Shown here one piece after another: positions 1 to 14,500 of a stretch of DNA of 64,000 nt. The notes under the pieces are model-generated. The model saw nothing but the letters and a program-made list of their open reading frames with translations. It was not told the origin of the DNA and ran no database searches. Source of the DNA: Anaeramoeba ignava BMAN (lineage: Eukaryota; Protista; Anaeramoebae); assembly GCA_028826165.1 (NCBI GenBank), contig JAPDFW010000084.1:261614-325613 (forward strand), in the 5' to 3' direction. A program made the translations under genes and the position numbers. The first letter of the stretch is position 1; the number at the start of each line of letters is the position of its first letter.

Positions 1-1340
1 ATTGAATTGAAATATTGAAATGAATTGGAATGGAATACAAAATGGAATTTGGGAAATTGAATGAATGAATACGAATATTGGAAATTGAATTGAATGAATA
101 TGAGAATTGAATTGAATTGAATTGAATATTAAAAATTGAATCGAATATTGGAATTGAATTAAATTGAATATTGAATTGAATTGGATATTGAAATAATTGA
201 ATTGAATATTGAAATTATTGAATAAATATTAAAATGAATTGGAATTGAATATTGAATGGAATCGAATTGAATTGAATATTGAATATTGAATTGAATTGAA
301 TATTGAATCAAATTGAATTCGAAATTGAATATTGAATTGAATTGGAATTGAATTCGAATTGGAATCAAATAATTGAATTCAAATGAATTGAATGGAATGG
401 AATTGAATGGAATTGAATCGAATGGAATTGGAATTGAATTGAAATTGGAATTGAATTGAATTGGAATTTTTGAATTGAAATTGAAATCGAAATATTGGAA
501 TGGAATTGGAATTGAAATCGAATTCGAATTGAAGAATTGAATGAATGAATTGGAATTGAATGGAATTAAATTGAATTTGGAATCGAATTGGAATTGAATA
601 TTAAATTTGAAAATTGAATGAATGAATTAAATATTAAATATTGAAATTGAATATTGAATATGGAAATGAATTGAAATTGGAAATTGAATTGAATTGAATT
701 GAATGAATTGAATCGAATTAAATATTGAATTGAAAAATTAAATATTGAATTGAATCAAATTGAAATGAATGAATGAATTGAATTGGAATTGAATTGGAAT
801 TAAATATTGAATTGAAATTGAATTAAATATTAAATATTAAATATTGAAATTGAATTGGAATAAAATTGGAATTCAAATATTATTAAATATTGAATTGAAT
901 TGGATATTGAATATTGAATTGAATTGAATTTTGAATTGAATTGGATATTGAATTAAATTGAATTGGATATTGAATATTAAATTGAATTAAATTGAATTGA
1001 ATTGAATTGAATATTAAATTGAATTGGATATTAAATTGAATTGAATTGAATTGAATTGAATATTGAATTGAATTGAATTGAATTGAATATTGAATTGAAT
1101 TAAATATTGAATTGAATTGAATTGAATTGAATATTGAATTGAATATTAAATTGAATTGGATATTAGATTGAATATTGAATTGAATTGAATTGAATTGAAT
1201 TGAATATTGAATTGAATATTAAATATTGAATTGAATTGAATTGAATTGAATATTAAATTGAATTAAATATTAAATTGAATTGAATTGAATTAAATTAAAT
1301 ATTAAATTGAATATTGAATTGAATTGAATATTGAATTTAA
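1..1340. repeat. Degenerate (AATTG)n / (TTCAA)n pentamer microsatellite, probably filling the first intron of a minus-strand gene
   Basis: Tandem AATTG/AATATTG units; lies just downstream (minus sense) of a GTAAAA donor at 1351. Confidence 0.9.
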
Positions 1341-1351
1341 AAAGTTTTTAC

Positions 1352-1377
1352 ATTGTAGAAGGTGTAAGTTTTTGCAT
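1352..1377 (-). CDS. Putative first mini-exon (MQKLTPST...) of a gene continuing beyond the left edge
   Basis: ATG at 1377, 26 nt of non-repetitive sequence, then a GTAAAA donor; TCATTTT motifs upstream; divergent from the gene at 1584. Too short to name. Confidence 0.5.
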
Positions 1378-1583
1378 TTAAAAATTTTATTTATTTATTT
1401 ATTTATCTATTAAAGAAAAGAAAAGAAAATGAAAAAAAAATGAAAAAGAAGAAAAATTAAAAAAAAATATTTTTTTCTTAATTTATTAAATTATTTTTTT
1501 AAAACGTGTTTTTCATTTGTTTTTCATTTTTTTTTTCATTTTTTTTTCATTTTTTTAAATTTTTTTTTTAAATTAAATTAAAA

Positions 1584-3134
1584 ATGTTTTCAAAAATTTC
1601 TAATTGGGGAAATAATTTTAAATCTGCTATTCAAGATGTAATTAAAGCACCAGAAACTCCAAATACTCTTTCTGAAAGTGATGAAGAAATTGAAAAACAA
1701 TCAAAATCAGATCCAGAAGAAAAAAATCAAACAGAAAATTTAATTGAAGTCAAAAATCAATTTTCAAATCAAATTCTCAACTTAAATAACTTGAAGGAAA
1801 TGCTTTTAGATGTTTTTGATAATTTGGATTTAAATGAAAATGAGGAAAAAATTTTCGACAAATTTGAAATTATTAGTGAAAAAAATATCATTTTATTCAC
1901 AAACACTTTGATTGAAGTTATTCAAAAAAAATTCACCAAATGGAAAGAATTGGAAAAAAAATTTATTCAGAATAGATTATTTGAACCAAGAAAAAATCAA
2001 CCAAAAGAAATGGACGTTCAAGACGTTATTGATATTATTCAACAATTAAGAGAAGAAAGTCATTTAATGATTAATAAATTGGAAGTTTCAGAAAACAAAA
2101 TCAAAAACTCAGAAAAATTTGAAAAGGAATTGGAGCTCAAAAACCAAGAAAATATTGAGTTGATAAAACAAAACCAAGATCTTCAGAATCAAATAAAGGA
2201 ATTAAAGCAGCAAATTAAATTATCAAATATTCCAAATAGTGATTTCAAAAAAGACTCAGAAAACCAAACGTATTTTTTGGAAATTGAAAAATATAAACAA
2301 AGAGAAGAGAATTTAACCCAAAAATTGAACCAAAGTTTAAATCAAATTAACGAAAAAGAGCAAAAACAACAAGAATTAAAACAGACAATTTCGGAGTTGG
2401 AAAAATTCAAATCAGACGCACAAAAAAATTACGACGAATTCACCACAAAAATAGAAAACCAGTCAAAAGAACTCGACGAATATTCTCAACTTATTAAAAA
2501 CTTAGAATTCGCGCTTGACGGCGTTAAAAATGAAAAAGAAACTCAATATGAAGAAAATTTTAAGCAAATCAAAGAATTGCAAAATAAATTATCAATTGTT
2601 TCTTCAGAACTCGATCGAAAGATCCAAAAACTTGATCTCTTAACAAAACAAGCAAACGAATTGCTGATGAAAAATAACGAATTCCAAAAACACATAAGTT
2701 ATTTGGAAACCCAAAATATTCAACTCAAAGAATTCCAAAACAAAATCATTTCTCAACAAGATCTTATTCAACAAATAATCCAAAACGGAATCAAGTTTCT
2801 CTTTGAAAACGAGAAAGACAAAACTGTTCTCAAAGAAAAACTTTATGAAGTTCAGAAAATTCTTGCAATCTTAAGTATTCAAAAACCAGAAGAAATTATG
2901 AACAATTTGGAAAGTGAAATCAGTCAAAATTCAAATGAAAAAAATATAAACTCTCCTGAAAAATTATTATTATTTCCAAATACTTCAAGTGAAAAAAAAA
3001 TTTCAAATTGGATGAAAGGATTCTTAAAAATTTCAAATGAAAATTCAAAAGATGAAAAATCTATTAAAGCTTTATTTGATCGAAAATCAAAACAATCATT
3101 TAGTAAAAATTCTGTTAACTTGATAAATGTGTAG
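1584..3134 (+). CDS. Intronless coiled-coil protein (516 aa), possibly golgin-like
   Basis: Long E/K/Q-rich heptad-like ORF with a short hydrophobic helical C-terminal segment; no certain family motif. Confidence 0.75.
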   Translation: MFSKISNWGNNFKSAIQDVIKAPETPNTLSESDEEIEKQSKSDPEEKNQTENLIEVKNQFSNQILNLNNLKEMLLDVFDNLDLNENEEKIFDKFEIISEKNIILFTNTLIEVIQKKFTKWKELEKKFIQNRLFEPRKNQPKEMDVQDVIDIIQQLREESHLMINKLEVSENKIKNSEKFEKELELKNQENIELIKQNQDLQNQIKELKQQIKLSNIPNSDFKKDSENQTYFLEIEKYKQREENLTQKLNQSLNQINEKEQKQQELKQTISELEKFKSDAQKNYDEFTTKIENQSKELDEYSQLIKNLEFALDGVKNEKETQYEENFKQIKELQNKLSIVSSELDRKIQKLDLLTKQANELLMKNNEFQKHISYLETQNIQLKEFQNKIISQQDLIQQIIQNGIKFLFENEKDKTVLKEKLYEVQKILAILSIQKPEEIMNNLESEISQNSNEKNINSPEKLLLFPNTSSEKKISNWMKGFLKISNENSKDEKSIKALFDRKSKQSFSKNSVNLINV

Positions 3135-3328
3135 AATTTGATTTCCATTTTCATTTTCATTTTCATCTTTGAATTCATTTTTTTTTGAATAAGAAGAACA
3201 AATTTTTAAATTTTTTTTTTTCCATTTTGAAAACAAAAATAAAATTGTTTGAATTGAATTTAATTTATTTTTGAAAAAGGAAAAATAACAATTAAATTAA
3301 ATTAAATTTAAAAATTTTCTTTTTTGTT

Positions 3329-6300
3329 TTACTTAAAAATTGATGAGAAAGAAGGATGATTTTTAATTGTAAGTGGAATTGGAATATGATTCCAATCTTT
3401 GATTTTAATTAATTTGTAATCAATTTGCAAATCTTCAATAATAGAAAATCCTTCTTGTGTTTCATTTGTAACAATTTGAGGATTTTTGTTTTGTGTTAAT
3501 AATAAAGAATTTAATCTTGTTTTATCAATTGGTTGAGGATCCAATCTTTATATATTTATTTTTTTTAATATTCATTTTCCAAAAATAAATAAAATTATAA
3601 ATAAATTATATAATTTTGATTATAAATTTTCTTTTTGAAAAATTTACTCATCTGGTGAAAAATTTGAAAGAAGATTATGAACTTGTTCTGAAGTTAATGA
3701 AGGACAAATATCATTAATAATTGAAACATTAGAAAGAATAGTTTTATTCATAGTAATACAATCAGTTGCTTCTTTAATTGGAATAACATTTACACTTAAA
3801 TAAATTTAAATAAATAAATTTAAATAAATAAATTTAAATAAATAAATTTAAATAAATAAATTTAAATAAATAAATTTAAATAAATAAATTTAAATAAATA
3901 AATTTAAATAAATAAATTTAAATAAATAAATTTAAATAAATAAATTTAAATAAATAAATTTAAATAAATAAATTTAAATAAATTTAAATAAATAAATTTA
4001 AAATTTACTTTAATTGACTTAATGAGTTTAATGAAAGCCATGCTTCCAGTTCTGAAATGGCAAATTTAATTTGGAAACAATTTTTCAATGTGCAATAATG
4101 CTTGTAATTTAATATTTGATAAAATAAATATTTGTTAATGAAAATTAAAATCTGAGACAACAAAATATCTACAAGTTGTTGTGGTAAATAATTTTCATTT
4201 GCTAAAGTTAAAATGTTCGCCATCCAAGAACTTATTTTTTTGGTTGAATTATCCTTATGGAAATCAAACAAGGTTGAATTTTCAAGAAATTGCGGTTTAA
4301 GAATTGGTCGAATATCATTCACAATATTTTCAACAAGGAAAATAAATGCTTTCATAATAAGACTTTGTATTTCCTTTGTGTATTTTAAGAAATCTTTCGG
4401 GTTTGGAATTGTGTTGATAAACAAAGAATTCAAAAAAACAAGATTTGAAAGTATCCATATTAAATATTCTTGTTTTTCATAATGGATTTGGATTAATAAT
4501 TTCATGGATTCCAGAAATGTGGGGAATAATTGTGGGTTTTCTCCCAATAATAAATTGCTATTCATAAAGAATTTGAATAAAATGCACGCCGTTATAGGCA
4601 AACTTTTGAAATACTTTGTTTCTGAAAAATAAACCACTCTTTCAATAAGCCATTTTTCATGATTTACCATTTTGAGTTCTTTTAAATTCTTGGATAAAAT
4701 TGTCACCAATGCGTTTTGTGATTCAATTTTTTGCTCGTTGCTCTGTATTTTTTCTAATACTTCTTCAACACTAAGCGAATACATTGGATCCATTTCCTCA
4801 TTTTCTTTTTTGTTTTTTCCAAATATTTCATCCATAAATGGTGTTGAATTTGTTGGTATAATTTGTTCATTTTCATTTTGAATATTTTTTGATTTTTGAT
4901 TTTCCTCAAATCCAATATTTGGGTTGGAATTTTCCATATTTTTTTGCATCATAGTGTTGTTGTTGTTGTTGTTGTTTGTATTCGATGGTTCTTTTCTTGC
5001 AAAATCTGATAAAGAAAACCCAAAATTCCCATCTTTTTCATCCTCTTCAATATTTAGTTGATTTTCTTCATGAATACTAATAACTGGTTGTTTTTTGTCT
5101 TCAGTATCATCTTGAGATCCAACTGAAAAATCATTTTCTGAAAACGTTTCGAAATCTTCTTTTGATTCATGAGAAAAATGATTTTCTTTTTCTTTTTCTT
5201 TTTCTTTTTCTTTTTCTTTATCAAAATCATTATCGAAATCATTATCGAAATCATCATCAAAATCATCATCTAAAAGATCAATATTATTTTTCTCATTTTC
5301 TTTAATATTATTTTTTGTATCTTGAATTGTGACTTGTTTTTTATTTATATCTATATCTAAATTTTGATTTTGGTTTTGATTTTTATTTTCTTCTTCAGCT
5401 TTAAAGATATTATGATGTTGAGCATCTATATCTTTTCTTTGAATATTTTCTCCATTTTTAGGAAGATTTGAAATTCCAAATCGAGTAATTTTTTGGTTTT
5501 GAGGTATTTTAAAATTGCTATATTTTTCCTCAATAGGATCAATACTTGAATGTTTTTTAATTTCTTTTTCATCATTTAAATCATCTGAAAGATCTTCTGT
5601 AACAGTAGCAATACTAGATTGCATAGTAAATTCACTATAATCTTCTTCAACAATGGGACCTGTTTGACTTTCTTTGATTTCCTTTTCAATTGAAGATATT
5701 AAATGTTGAATGTTTGGATCAAGTAATAATTTAGTTAATTGTGTTTTTGGTGATCCTTTTGTAAGTCTTAAACATAAAAGAATAATTGGTTGATTTTTAT
5801 GTTTGCTTTGATTTTTAATTAATAATTTATATTTTTTAATTATAGGAGGACTTGATGGATCTACTTTTGAGATATCTATATGTAATTTTCCTACTGTATT
5901 TTCTCCTTTTTTTGTTTCTTTATCCTTAAAATTTATTTAAAATTTATTTTGGAAATTAAAATTCATTTTGGAAATTGAAATTCATTTTGAAAATTGAAAT
6001 TAAAATTCATTGAAAATTTATTTTGAAAATTAAAATTCATTTTGAAAATTGAAATTAAAATTCATTTTGAAAATTTATTTTGAAAATTAAAATTCATTTT
6101 GAAAATTAAAATTAAAATTCATTTTGAAAATTAAAATTAAAATTAAAATTAAAATTCATTTTGGAAATTGAAATTAAAATTCATTTTGGAAATTAAAATT
6201 AAAATTATATTTAAAATTAAAATTCATTTTGGAAATTGAAATTAAAATTCATTTTGGAAATTGAAATTAAAATTCATTTTGGAAATTAAAATTAAAATTC

Positions 6301-6658
6301 ATTTTGGAAATTGAAATTAAAATTAAAATTATATTTAAAATTGAAATTCATTTTGAAAATTAAAATTAAAACTTACAATCTTCAATGAAATATGTAATAT
6401 TTTCTTTTCAAGTTGTTGTGTTTTTTTATCTTGAAATAATGTACAAGGAATTTCAAATTCTTCTTGCCATTTAGAATAACCATTAGCACTTAAAAAAGCT
6501 TTACGAGTAAAACCACTATGAACTCCTCTTTTCCATTTTATCCATGCTGTACAATTTTTAATAGCAAGTTGATAAACTGAAATGATAGCAAAAGAAAATG
6601 TATTTTTAATTGCAGTTTTTCCTTTATGTTTAAAAGGAGTATGTAAAAATCTTTTCAT
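3329..6658 (-). CDS. NT-type C2 (EEIG1/EHBP1-like) + Dilute (DIL) domain protein; exons 6658-6377, 5924-4009, 3794-3648, 3545-3329
   Basis: N-terminal WIKWKRG...WQEEFEIPCTLFQD...KILHISL...VGKLHIDIS resembles NT-C2. C-terminal LFYQILNYKHYCTLKNCFQIKFAISELEAW...ICPSLTSEQVHNLLSNFSPDE resembles DIL. Three frame-preserving GT-AG introns. Confidence 0.8.
3797..4000. repeat. Intronic near-perfect 14-mer repeat (TAAATAAATTTAAA)n
   Basis: Seen directly inside intron 4008-3795. Confidence 0.9.
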
Positions 6659-6919
6659 AATAAAATGAAAAATGAAAAAGAAAAAAATGAAAAAATTTTT
6701 TTTTAATTTTGAAATGAAAAAATTACCGGAAAACAAGAAAAACAAAAACAAAAACAAAAACGAAAACAAGAAAAACAAAAACAAAAACAAGAAAAAACAA
6801 GAAAAAACAAAAACAAGAAAAAACAAAAACAAGAAAAATGTTTTCTGGATTTAAATTTCTTTTCAAATTTTCCTTTTCAAATTCATCTTTAAAAAATTTC
6901 TAGTTATTATTGTTATTGT

Positions 6920-8296
6920 TTAAAATTCATTTTTTAAAACTTCATTAATTTGCAAAATTTGCATTTTTACTTGTAAAAGTTTTTCATTAAAAAAATCTGA
7001 ATAATTTTCATCTGAATTTTGATTATTCTGAAGATTAAGATTTTGATTTGAATGATTTTGATTTAATAAATCAATAAAATTGTTTATAGGTTTAGTTTTC
7101 TGAATAGAATCTTCTAATTTTTGGTTTTTTTCTTGATATTTTTTTGATAAAGATTCAAAATTTTTGTTTAATTCATCTTTTTCTTTTATGCTTTGATTAT
7201 ATTTTAATTCAAGTTCTTTAAATCTTTGTTCCCACTCTTTAATTTTTTCTTGAGAGAGTGAATTCATTAATTCTTCGTGTGATTCTTTTTTTTGAGGACT
7301 TATATGAAGTTTTTGAATTAATTTTATTTGATTTTTTAAAAATGCATTTTCTGTCATTTTTTCTTTTAAAATTTTTGTTAGATAATCAATTTTAAATTGA
7401 AGTTTGATAATCATTTTGTCTTTGTTTTGAAGTTCTGTTTTAATTTCTGGATTTTTTGGCTTTTCTTCATTTTGATTTGAATTATTTTTTTGATTTAAAA
7501 TTTCTTTAGAATTTTGTTTTAAAATTTTGTTTGAATTTTTAATTGAATCTTCATGAGAATTTTGATTTAATTTTTTAACCAATTTTTTTTCTTTCTTTTC
7601 TTTCTTGTTTTCTTTTAAATTTTCTTTTGAATTTTCTTTTAAATTTTCTTTTAAATTTTCCTTCTTGTTTTCTTTCTTATTTTCTTTTAAATTTTCTTTT
7701 AAATTTCCCTTCTTATTTTCTTTTAAATTTTCTTTTAAATTTTCTTTCTTATTTTCTTTCTTATTTTCTTTCTTGTTTTCTTTCTTGTTTTCCTTCTTAT
7801 TTTCTTTTAAATTTTCTTTTGAATTTTCTTTTGAATTTTCTTTTGAATTTTCTTTTAAATTTTCAAACTTATTTTTTAATTTAATTAATGGTTTCTTTTT
7901 TAAAACTAAATGATGTTTTGCTTTCGTTTCTGTATTAGAATTTTTTTTAACAATGTTTGTATTAATTTGTTTTGATTTATGAAGAGGAGTTTTTTTTACT
8001 GGAATTTGGTGATATATTTTTTGTGGAGGACTTCCTTCTTTTGGCAAAATTTTTGGAATAAACGTTAAACTTCTTCTACTTGTTTTTTTTGTTAATGGTT
8101 TTAATTTTTCTGTTTTTTCTGTTTTTTCTGTTTCGTTTTTTGTTTTTTTTGTTTTTATTTGATAAATTGGTTTCTTTTTTATTTTTCCTTTTGTTTTTTC
8201 TTCATTTTTATTTTCTTGTTCTTGTGAACTTGTTTTGTGTTGATTTTTTTTGTTTTTGTGTTCTTTATTTAATCGATTAGGAAGTTTTGTTGACAT
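6920..8296 (-). CDS. Lys-rich coiled-coil hypothetical protein (458 aa) with a tandem KEN[KLS] tetrapeptide repeat
   Basis: Open ORF; 12-nt coding repeat at about 7605-7860; TCATTTT motifs upstream. Confidence 0.7.
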   Translation of the reverse strand: MSTKLPNRLNKEHKNKKNQHKTSSQEQENKNEEKTKGKIKKKPIYQIKTKKTKNETEKTEKTEKLKPLTKKTSRRSLTFIPKILPKEGSPPQKIYHQIPVKKTPLHKSKQINTNIVKKNSNTETKAKHHLVLKKKPLIKLKNKFENLKENSKENSKENSKENLKENKKENKKENKKENKKENKKENLKENLKENKKGNLKENLKENKKENKKENLKENLKENSKENLKENKKEKKEKKLVKKLNQNSHEDSIKNSNKILKQNSKEILNQKNNSNQNEEKPKNPEIKTELQNKDKMIIKLQFKIDYLTKILKEKMTENAFLKNQIKLIQKLHISPQKKESHEELMNSLSQEKIKEWEQRFKELELKYNQSIKEKDELNKNFESLSKKYQEKNQKLEDSIQKTKPINNFIDLLNQNHSNQNLNLQNNQNSDENYSDFFNEKLLQVKMQILQINEVLKNEF

Positions 8297-8579
8297 ATTT
8301 ATTATTATTTTTAAAAATGAAAAATGAAAAAAAAATGAAAAAAAAATTTATAAAATTTTTTCTTGTTTTTGTTTTTTTTCGTTTTTGATCAAAAAAGTAT
8401 TTTTTTTCTTTTGATTAAAAAAAATTTATTTCTTTAGTTAAAAATGTTTATTCTTTTTGTAAAAAAATTTATTCTTTTTGACATATTTTTTTTGGAAAAA
8501 AATTTTCATAAAATTAAAATTAAATTTTTCATTTTTTTTCTTTTTTCATTTTCATTTTCTTTTTGATTTTTCTTTTTAA

Positions 8580-11500
8580 ATGGCAACTATTCCACAATCA
8601 CTTATTATTTTATTAGCACAAAAAGATGGATTACTTTCTCAACTTTATAATTTAAAAATGATTGTAAATTTTTAAAAAAAAAAATAACAAAAAAAAAATT
8701 TACAAAAAATTTATATAAAATTTTAATTTTTTAAATTATATTTATATTAGTTTGATAATACAGAAAGTCCTCCATTTTATCTTGAAAGTTCAGAAGTTGT
8801 TTCAGTTTTAACAAAAATTGAAAAAAAAATTGAAGAACCAATAACAGAAGATACTTTACAAGTAATTTAAATTTGTTTTTTTTTTTAATTTGAAAAAAAA
8901 TTTTTTGCTTTTTTATTTATTTATTAAACAAAAAAAAAATTTTTTCATCTAATCTAATCTAAAAAAATCAAAAATAAACAAGATTCAAAAATTGAAACCA
9001 ATTCATGCAAATTTAGATGAAATTTTAGATGAACTTGAACCAGGAATTTGGACTTTAAAAAATATTAAACCCTTTCTTGAAGAATCAACTAAAGTTTTAA
9101 GACATATTGCAAATGAAATTTCTACACTTTCTGTAAAATTAATTTAATAATAAATTTAATAATAATTTTAATAATAAATTTTAATAATAATTTTAATAAT
9201 AAATTTAATAATAATTTTAATAATAAATATAATAATAATTTTATAATAATTTTAATAATAATTTTAATAATAAATTTAATAATAAATTTAATAATAAATT
9301 TAATAATAATTTTAATAATAATTTTAATAACAATTATAATAATAATTTTAATAATAATTTTAATAATAAATTTAATAATAAATTTAATAATAATTTTAAT
9401 AATAAATATAATAATAATTTTAATAATAATTTTAATAATAAATTTAATAATAAATATAATAATAAATTTAATAATAAATTTAATAATAAATTTAATAATA
9501 AATTTAATAATAAATTTAATAATAAATTTAATAATAAATTTAATAATAAATTTAATAATAAATTTAATAATAAATTTAATAATAAATTTAATAATAATTT
9601 TAATAATAAATTTAATAATAAATTTAATAATAATTTTATTAATAAATTTAATAATAATTTTAATAATAAATTTAATAATAAATTTTAATAATAATTTTAA
9701 TAATAATTTTTAATAATAAATTTAATAATAAATTTAATAAAAAATATAATAATAATAAATATAATAATAATTTTAATAATAATTTTAATAATAATTTAAT
9801 AATAAATATAATAATAATTTAATAATAAATTTAATAATAATTTTAATAATAAATATAATAATAAATTTAATAATAAATTTAATAATAATTTTAATAATAA
9901 ATTTAATAATAAATTTAATAATAAATTTAATAATAATTTTTAATAATAAATTTAATAATAAATTTAATAATTATTATAATAATAAATTAATAATAAATTT
10001 AATAATAATTTTAATAATAATTATAATAATAATTTTAATAATAAATTTAATAATAATTTTAATAATAATTTTAATAATAAATTTAATAATAATTTTAATA
10101 ATAAATTTAATAATAATTTTAATAATAAAATATAATAATAATTTTAATAATAATTTTAATAATAATTTTTAATAATAAATATAATAATAAATTTAATAAT
10201 AATTTTTAATAATAAATTTAATAATAATTTTAATAATAATTTTAATAATAAATTTAATAATAATTTTAATAATAAATTTAATAATAATTTTAATAATAAA
10301 TTTAATAATAAATATATAATAATAATAAATAAACAATAATAAATATAATAATAAATATAATAATAAATTTAATAATAAATTTAATAATAAATTTAATAAT
10401 TATTTATAATAATAAATTAATAATAAATTTAATAATAATTTTAATAATAAATTTAATAATAAATTTAATAATTATTTTTAATAATAAATTAATAATAAAT
10501 TTAATAATAAATTTAATAATAATTATAATAATAATTTTAATAATAAAATTTAATAATAAAATATAATAATAATTTTAATAATAAATTTAATAATAAATTT
10601 TAATAATAATTTTTAATAATAATTTTAATAATAAATTTAATAATAAATTTAATAATAAATATAATAATAATAATAAATTAATAATAAATTTAATAATAAT
10701 TTTAATAATAATTTTAATAATAAATTTAATAATAATTTTAATAATAATAAATTTAATAATCAATATAATAATAAATTTAATAATAATTTTAATAATAATT
10801 TTTTAATAATAAATTTAATAATAAATTTTAATAATAATTTTTAATAATAATTTTTAATAATAAATTTAATAATAAATTTAATAATAAAATAATAATAATA
10901 AATAATAATAATAATAATAATTTTTTAATAATAATTTTATTAATAAATATAATAATAAATTTAATAATAATTTTAATAATAAATTTAATAATAATTTTAA
11001 TAATAAATTTAATAATAATTTTAATAATAATTTTAATAATAATTTTATAATAATTTTTAATAATAAATATAATAATAAATTTAATAATAAATTTAATAAT
11101 AAATTTAATAATAAATTTAATAATAAATTTAATAAATAAATTTAATTTAATAATAAATTTAATAATAAATTTAATAATAAATTTAATAATAAATTTTAAT
11201 AATTATTATAATAATAAATTAATAATAAATTTAATAATAATTTTAATAATAAATTTAATAATAAATTTAATAATAAAATTAATAATAAATTTAATAATAA
11301 ATTTAATAATAAATTTAATAATAAATTTAATAATAATTTTTAATAATAATTTTAATAATAATTTTAATAATAAATTTAATAAACAATATAATAAATTTAA
11401 TAATAATTTTATTAATAAATATAATAATAAATTTAATAATAATTTTAATAATAAATTCAATAATAAATTTTAATAATAAATTTAATAATAAATTTAATAA

Positions 11501-14500
11501 TAATTTTAATAATAAATTCAATAATAAATTTAATAATAAATTTAATAATAATTTTAATAATAATTTTAATAATAATTTTAATAATAAATATAATAATAAA
11601 TATAATAATAATTATAATAATAATTTTTAATAATAAATTTATAATAATTTTAATAATAAATTTAATAATAATTATAATAATAATTTTAATAATAATTTTA
11701 ATAATAAATTTAATAATAAATTTAATAATAAATTTAATAATAATTTTAATAATAAATTTAATAATAATTATAATAATAATTTTAATAATAAATATAATAA
11801 TAATTATAATAATAATTTTAATAATAAATATAATAATAAATTTAATAATAAATTTAATAATAATTTTATTAATAATTTTATTAATAAATTAGTTGGAATC
11901 AAATCCAAATTTAACTAAAGGATTTATGGATCTTTTTGTTGGATATGCCCAATTAATCCTTTTACTTTCTAATTTTCAAGGCAGAAGATTATTTCTGGTT
12001 TTATATCGTTTAGTTGTTTATCTTAAAACTAGAACAGATTTTGAAGATTTTGGACCTCTTTTAATTTTATTTCATAAATATGATAACCCAATGAAACAAT
12101 TATATGAAGATTTGCATGATTTTGCTCCTGCTGTTTCTCCAGCTCTTGGAAGTTTGATTCCACTTTTTACATTAGTTTCAACACCTGATGTAATTAAAAA
12201 TTAAAATTCATTTCGAAAATTAAAATTAAAATTCATTTTGAAAATTAAAATTAAAATTAAAATTAAAATTAAAATTCATTTTGAAAATTAAAATTCATTT
12301 TCAAAATTAAAATTCATTTTCAAAATTAAAATTTAAAAAGGAACTGAGAAAGAAAGGTGTGTTTTCAATTACTTTACAAGAAAATTTATTACAATATCCA
12401 ATCGAAGACAATATCCATTTTCAACTTCCTTATTTTTCAACATATACACAATGGATAATATATGGATTATTATTCTGCCCTCAATTATTTGAATCAGAAC
12501 AATTTCACACTTTGCTTTATTTAGTTCTTGCAAATTCTTATATTATTCCAATTTATCGAGATGTTACATTCTTTCCTCATCAAGAATTTGAAAATTTATT
12601 TGGATTGAATTTGTTAAAAACAATGAAAACATCAAAAAGAAAACAAAATATTTCAACTGCTTTAAATAACGCAATTACAAAAAGTCATCAATATCATCGT
12701 GAACTTCGCGCTTTTCTTCGTCAAGAAATTAATGCTTTAGCAAATTTTATGATTTCAAGACCAACTTTACTTCCTCTCAAAATTCATGTGATTATTAAAA
12801 TTTAATTGAAATCAAAATTGAAAATTTTTAAAATTTTTTTTAAATTCAATTTAGATCGTTTTAAGTGCAATTGGTTTTTGTATTTATGAAGTTAATTGGC
12901 TCTTTCGCCATAAAAGAGATACTCCAAAATCTAAATTCAAAGTATCTCCTGATGATTTAAAACCAACAGATATTCTTCCGTTAATGAATATCATTGAGAA
13001 ACTTTACAATGTTGTTTCAACAAATACAGAAAGTAAAAACAAATTTTTTATCAAGAAAAAAAGAGTAGAAAATTAACAAAAAATTCCAAAAAAAAATTGT
13101 TTGTGTTCTTTCTCTATAGTTATTCAAAGATATTATTATAAATTTCTGATTCGAAACGATTTAAAAGCTTTGGAAAGATATTATATTCAATTTTTTCAAG
13201 AAAGAAAAGATAAACTTAAAGACATTTTCGAACAAAATTTAAAGTTTATTGAAGAACTAAGCGAGGAAAAAATAAAAAATAATACTTCAAATTTAGACAT
13301 ATTAAGACTGAATTGGTTTAGAAGTGAATGCGCACTTTCTTTCAAATCATTTTCAATAACAGAACCTGGACTCAATAAACTTGGAGAGTTTCCAAGTCGA
13401 TTGCAAAAACATATTGAAAGATCCAAAATGATCGATATTATGATTTCACAATTAAATTTAGTTGGAGGAATCCACACATTTTATCCATATATTCAAGATA
13501 TTTATTCGATTGTTTACGATACAATTCCATCACCAAATCTGGAGCAAGAAAATTGCATTATTTTTTTGAAATTGCTGAATAATTCCCACATGATTATTTC
13601 ACCTTTTTACACTGAAGAATTACAAATAATCGGAAAGAAATCCAAACACTATGCAAAAAGATTATTTCATGTAATTTCGGTTAGAATAACTGGACTTGTC
13701 CGGAGTATTGCAAGCATCAAATTTGGATTTACTTTTTTGGATCAGCAAATCACGCCAGTTAATGCTGCTCTTCATTTAATAAACGAGCAAATGTCTGAAC
13801 AAAAAGGAGCAAATAAACAAGAACTTCTTTTTCCAGGTGTTGAATCTTTATTTAATCAAAGAAAGCGAGTTGAACAACTGCAAAAATGGCAAAACCAATT
13901 TTATCGACTAGCTCAAGTGCTGAGTTTTTATCCTACTTTTGAAATTTATAATAAAAGGTTTTCTCCTTCAAAGTTTCTTATTGAAGAACTTGAAAATGGA
14001 GTAAAAGGTCATTTACTTAAGTTAATTTATGAAGATGATGAAAGATCTATTATTCAAAAGCCTTCTGTTTTTCTTAGCATTGTTTTGAATTTAATTTATT
14101 CATTGAAATTGGTTGAAGATATTCGTATTTATTTAAAAAATCATTTATGAAATAATTTTAAAAATTTATGAATTTATTATAAAATTTATTCAATAGTTAA
14201 CATAAATACACTTGAAATTGTTCGAAAAGTAATGCTTAAACAAATATATCAAAACAATGGAGGTGCTCGAGGACAGATAATATCACTCCGAGAGCCAGCA
14301 ATTTTAGATTCAAGTATAATATCCGAATATATGACTTGGATTTCAAGTTTTATTCAAAATTATATTACTGATGGTGTGATTTATTCTCCTTTAAGAAAAG
14401 CTTTTATTTCACTTCCTGGAATGTTGTTTTTATCAGAAGTTTATTTTAATATTCAAGAAATGGAAGCTCTTTGTAATTTTTTTGGTCCTTATGGAATTCG

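Noticed and set aside
1-1340. Telomeric or centromeric satellite at the window start
   Set aside because: The same TTCAA unit occurs internally (23220-23920), and the array follows a plausible exon and GT donor; it is not a G-rich telomere repeat.
9133-11892. CRISPR array or transposon in the long repeats
   Set aside because: No unique spacers, terminal repeats, target-site duplications or transposase ORFs.
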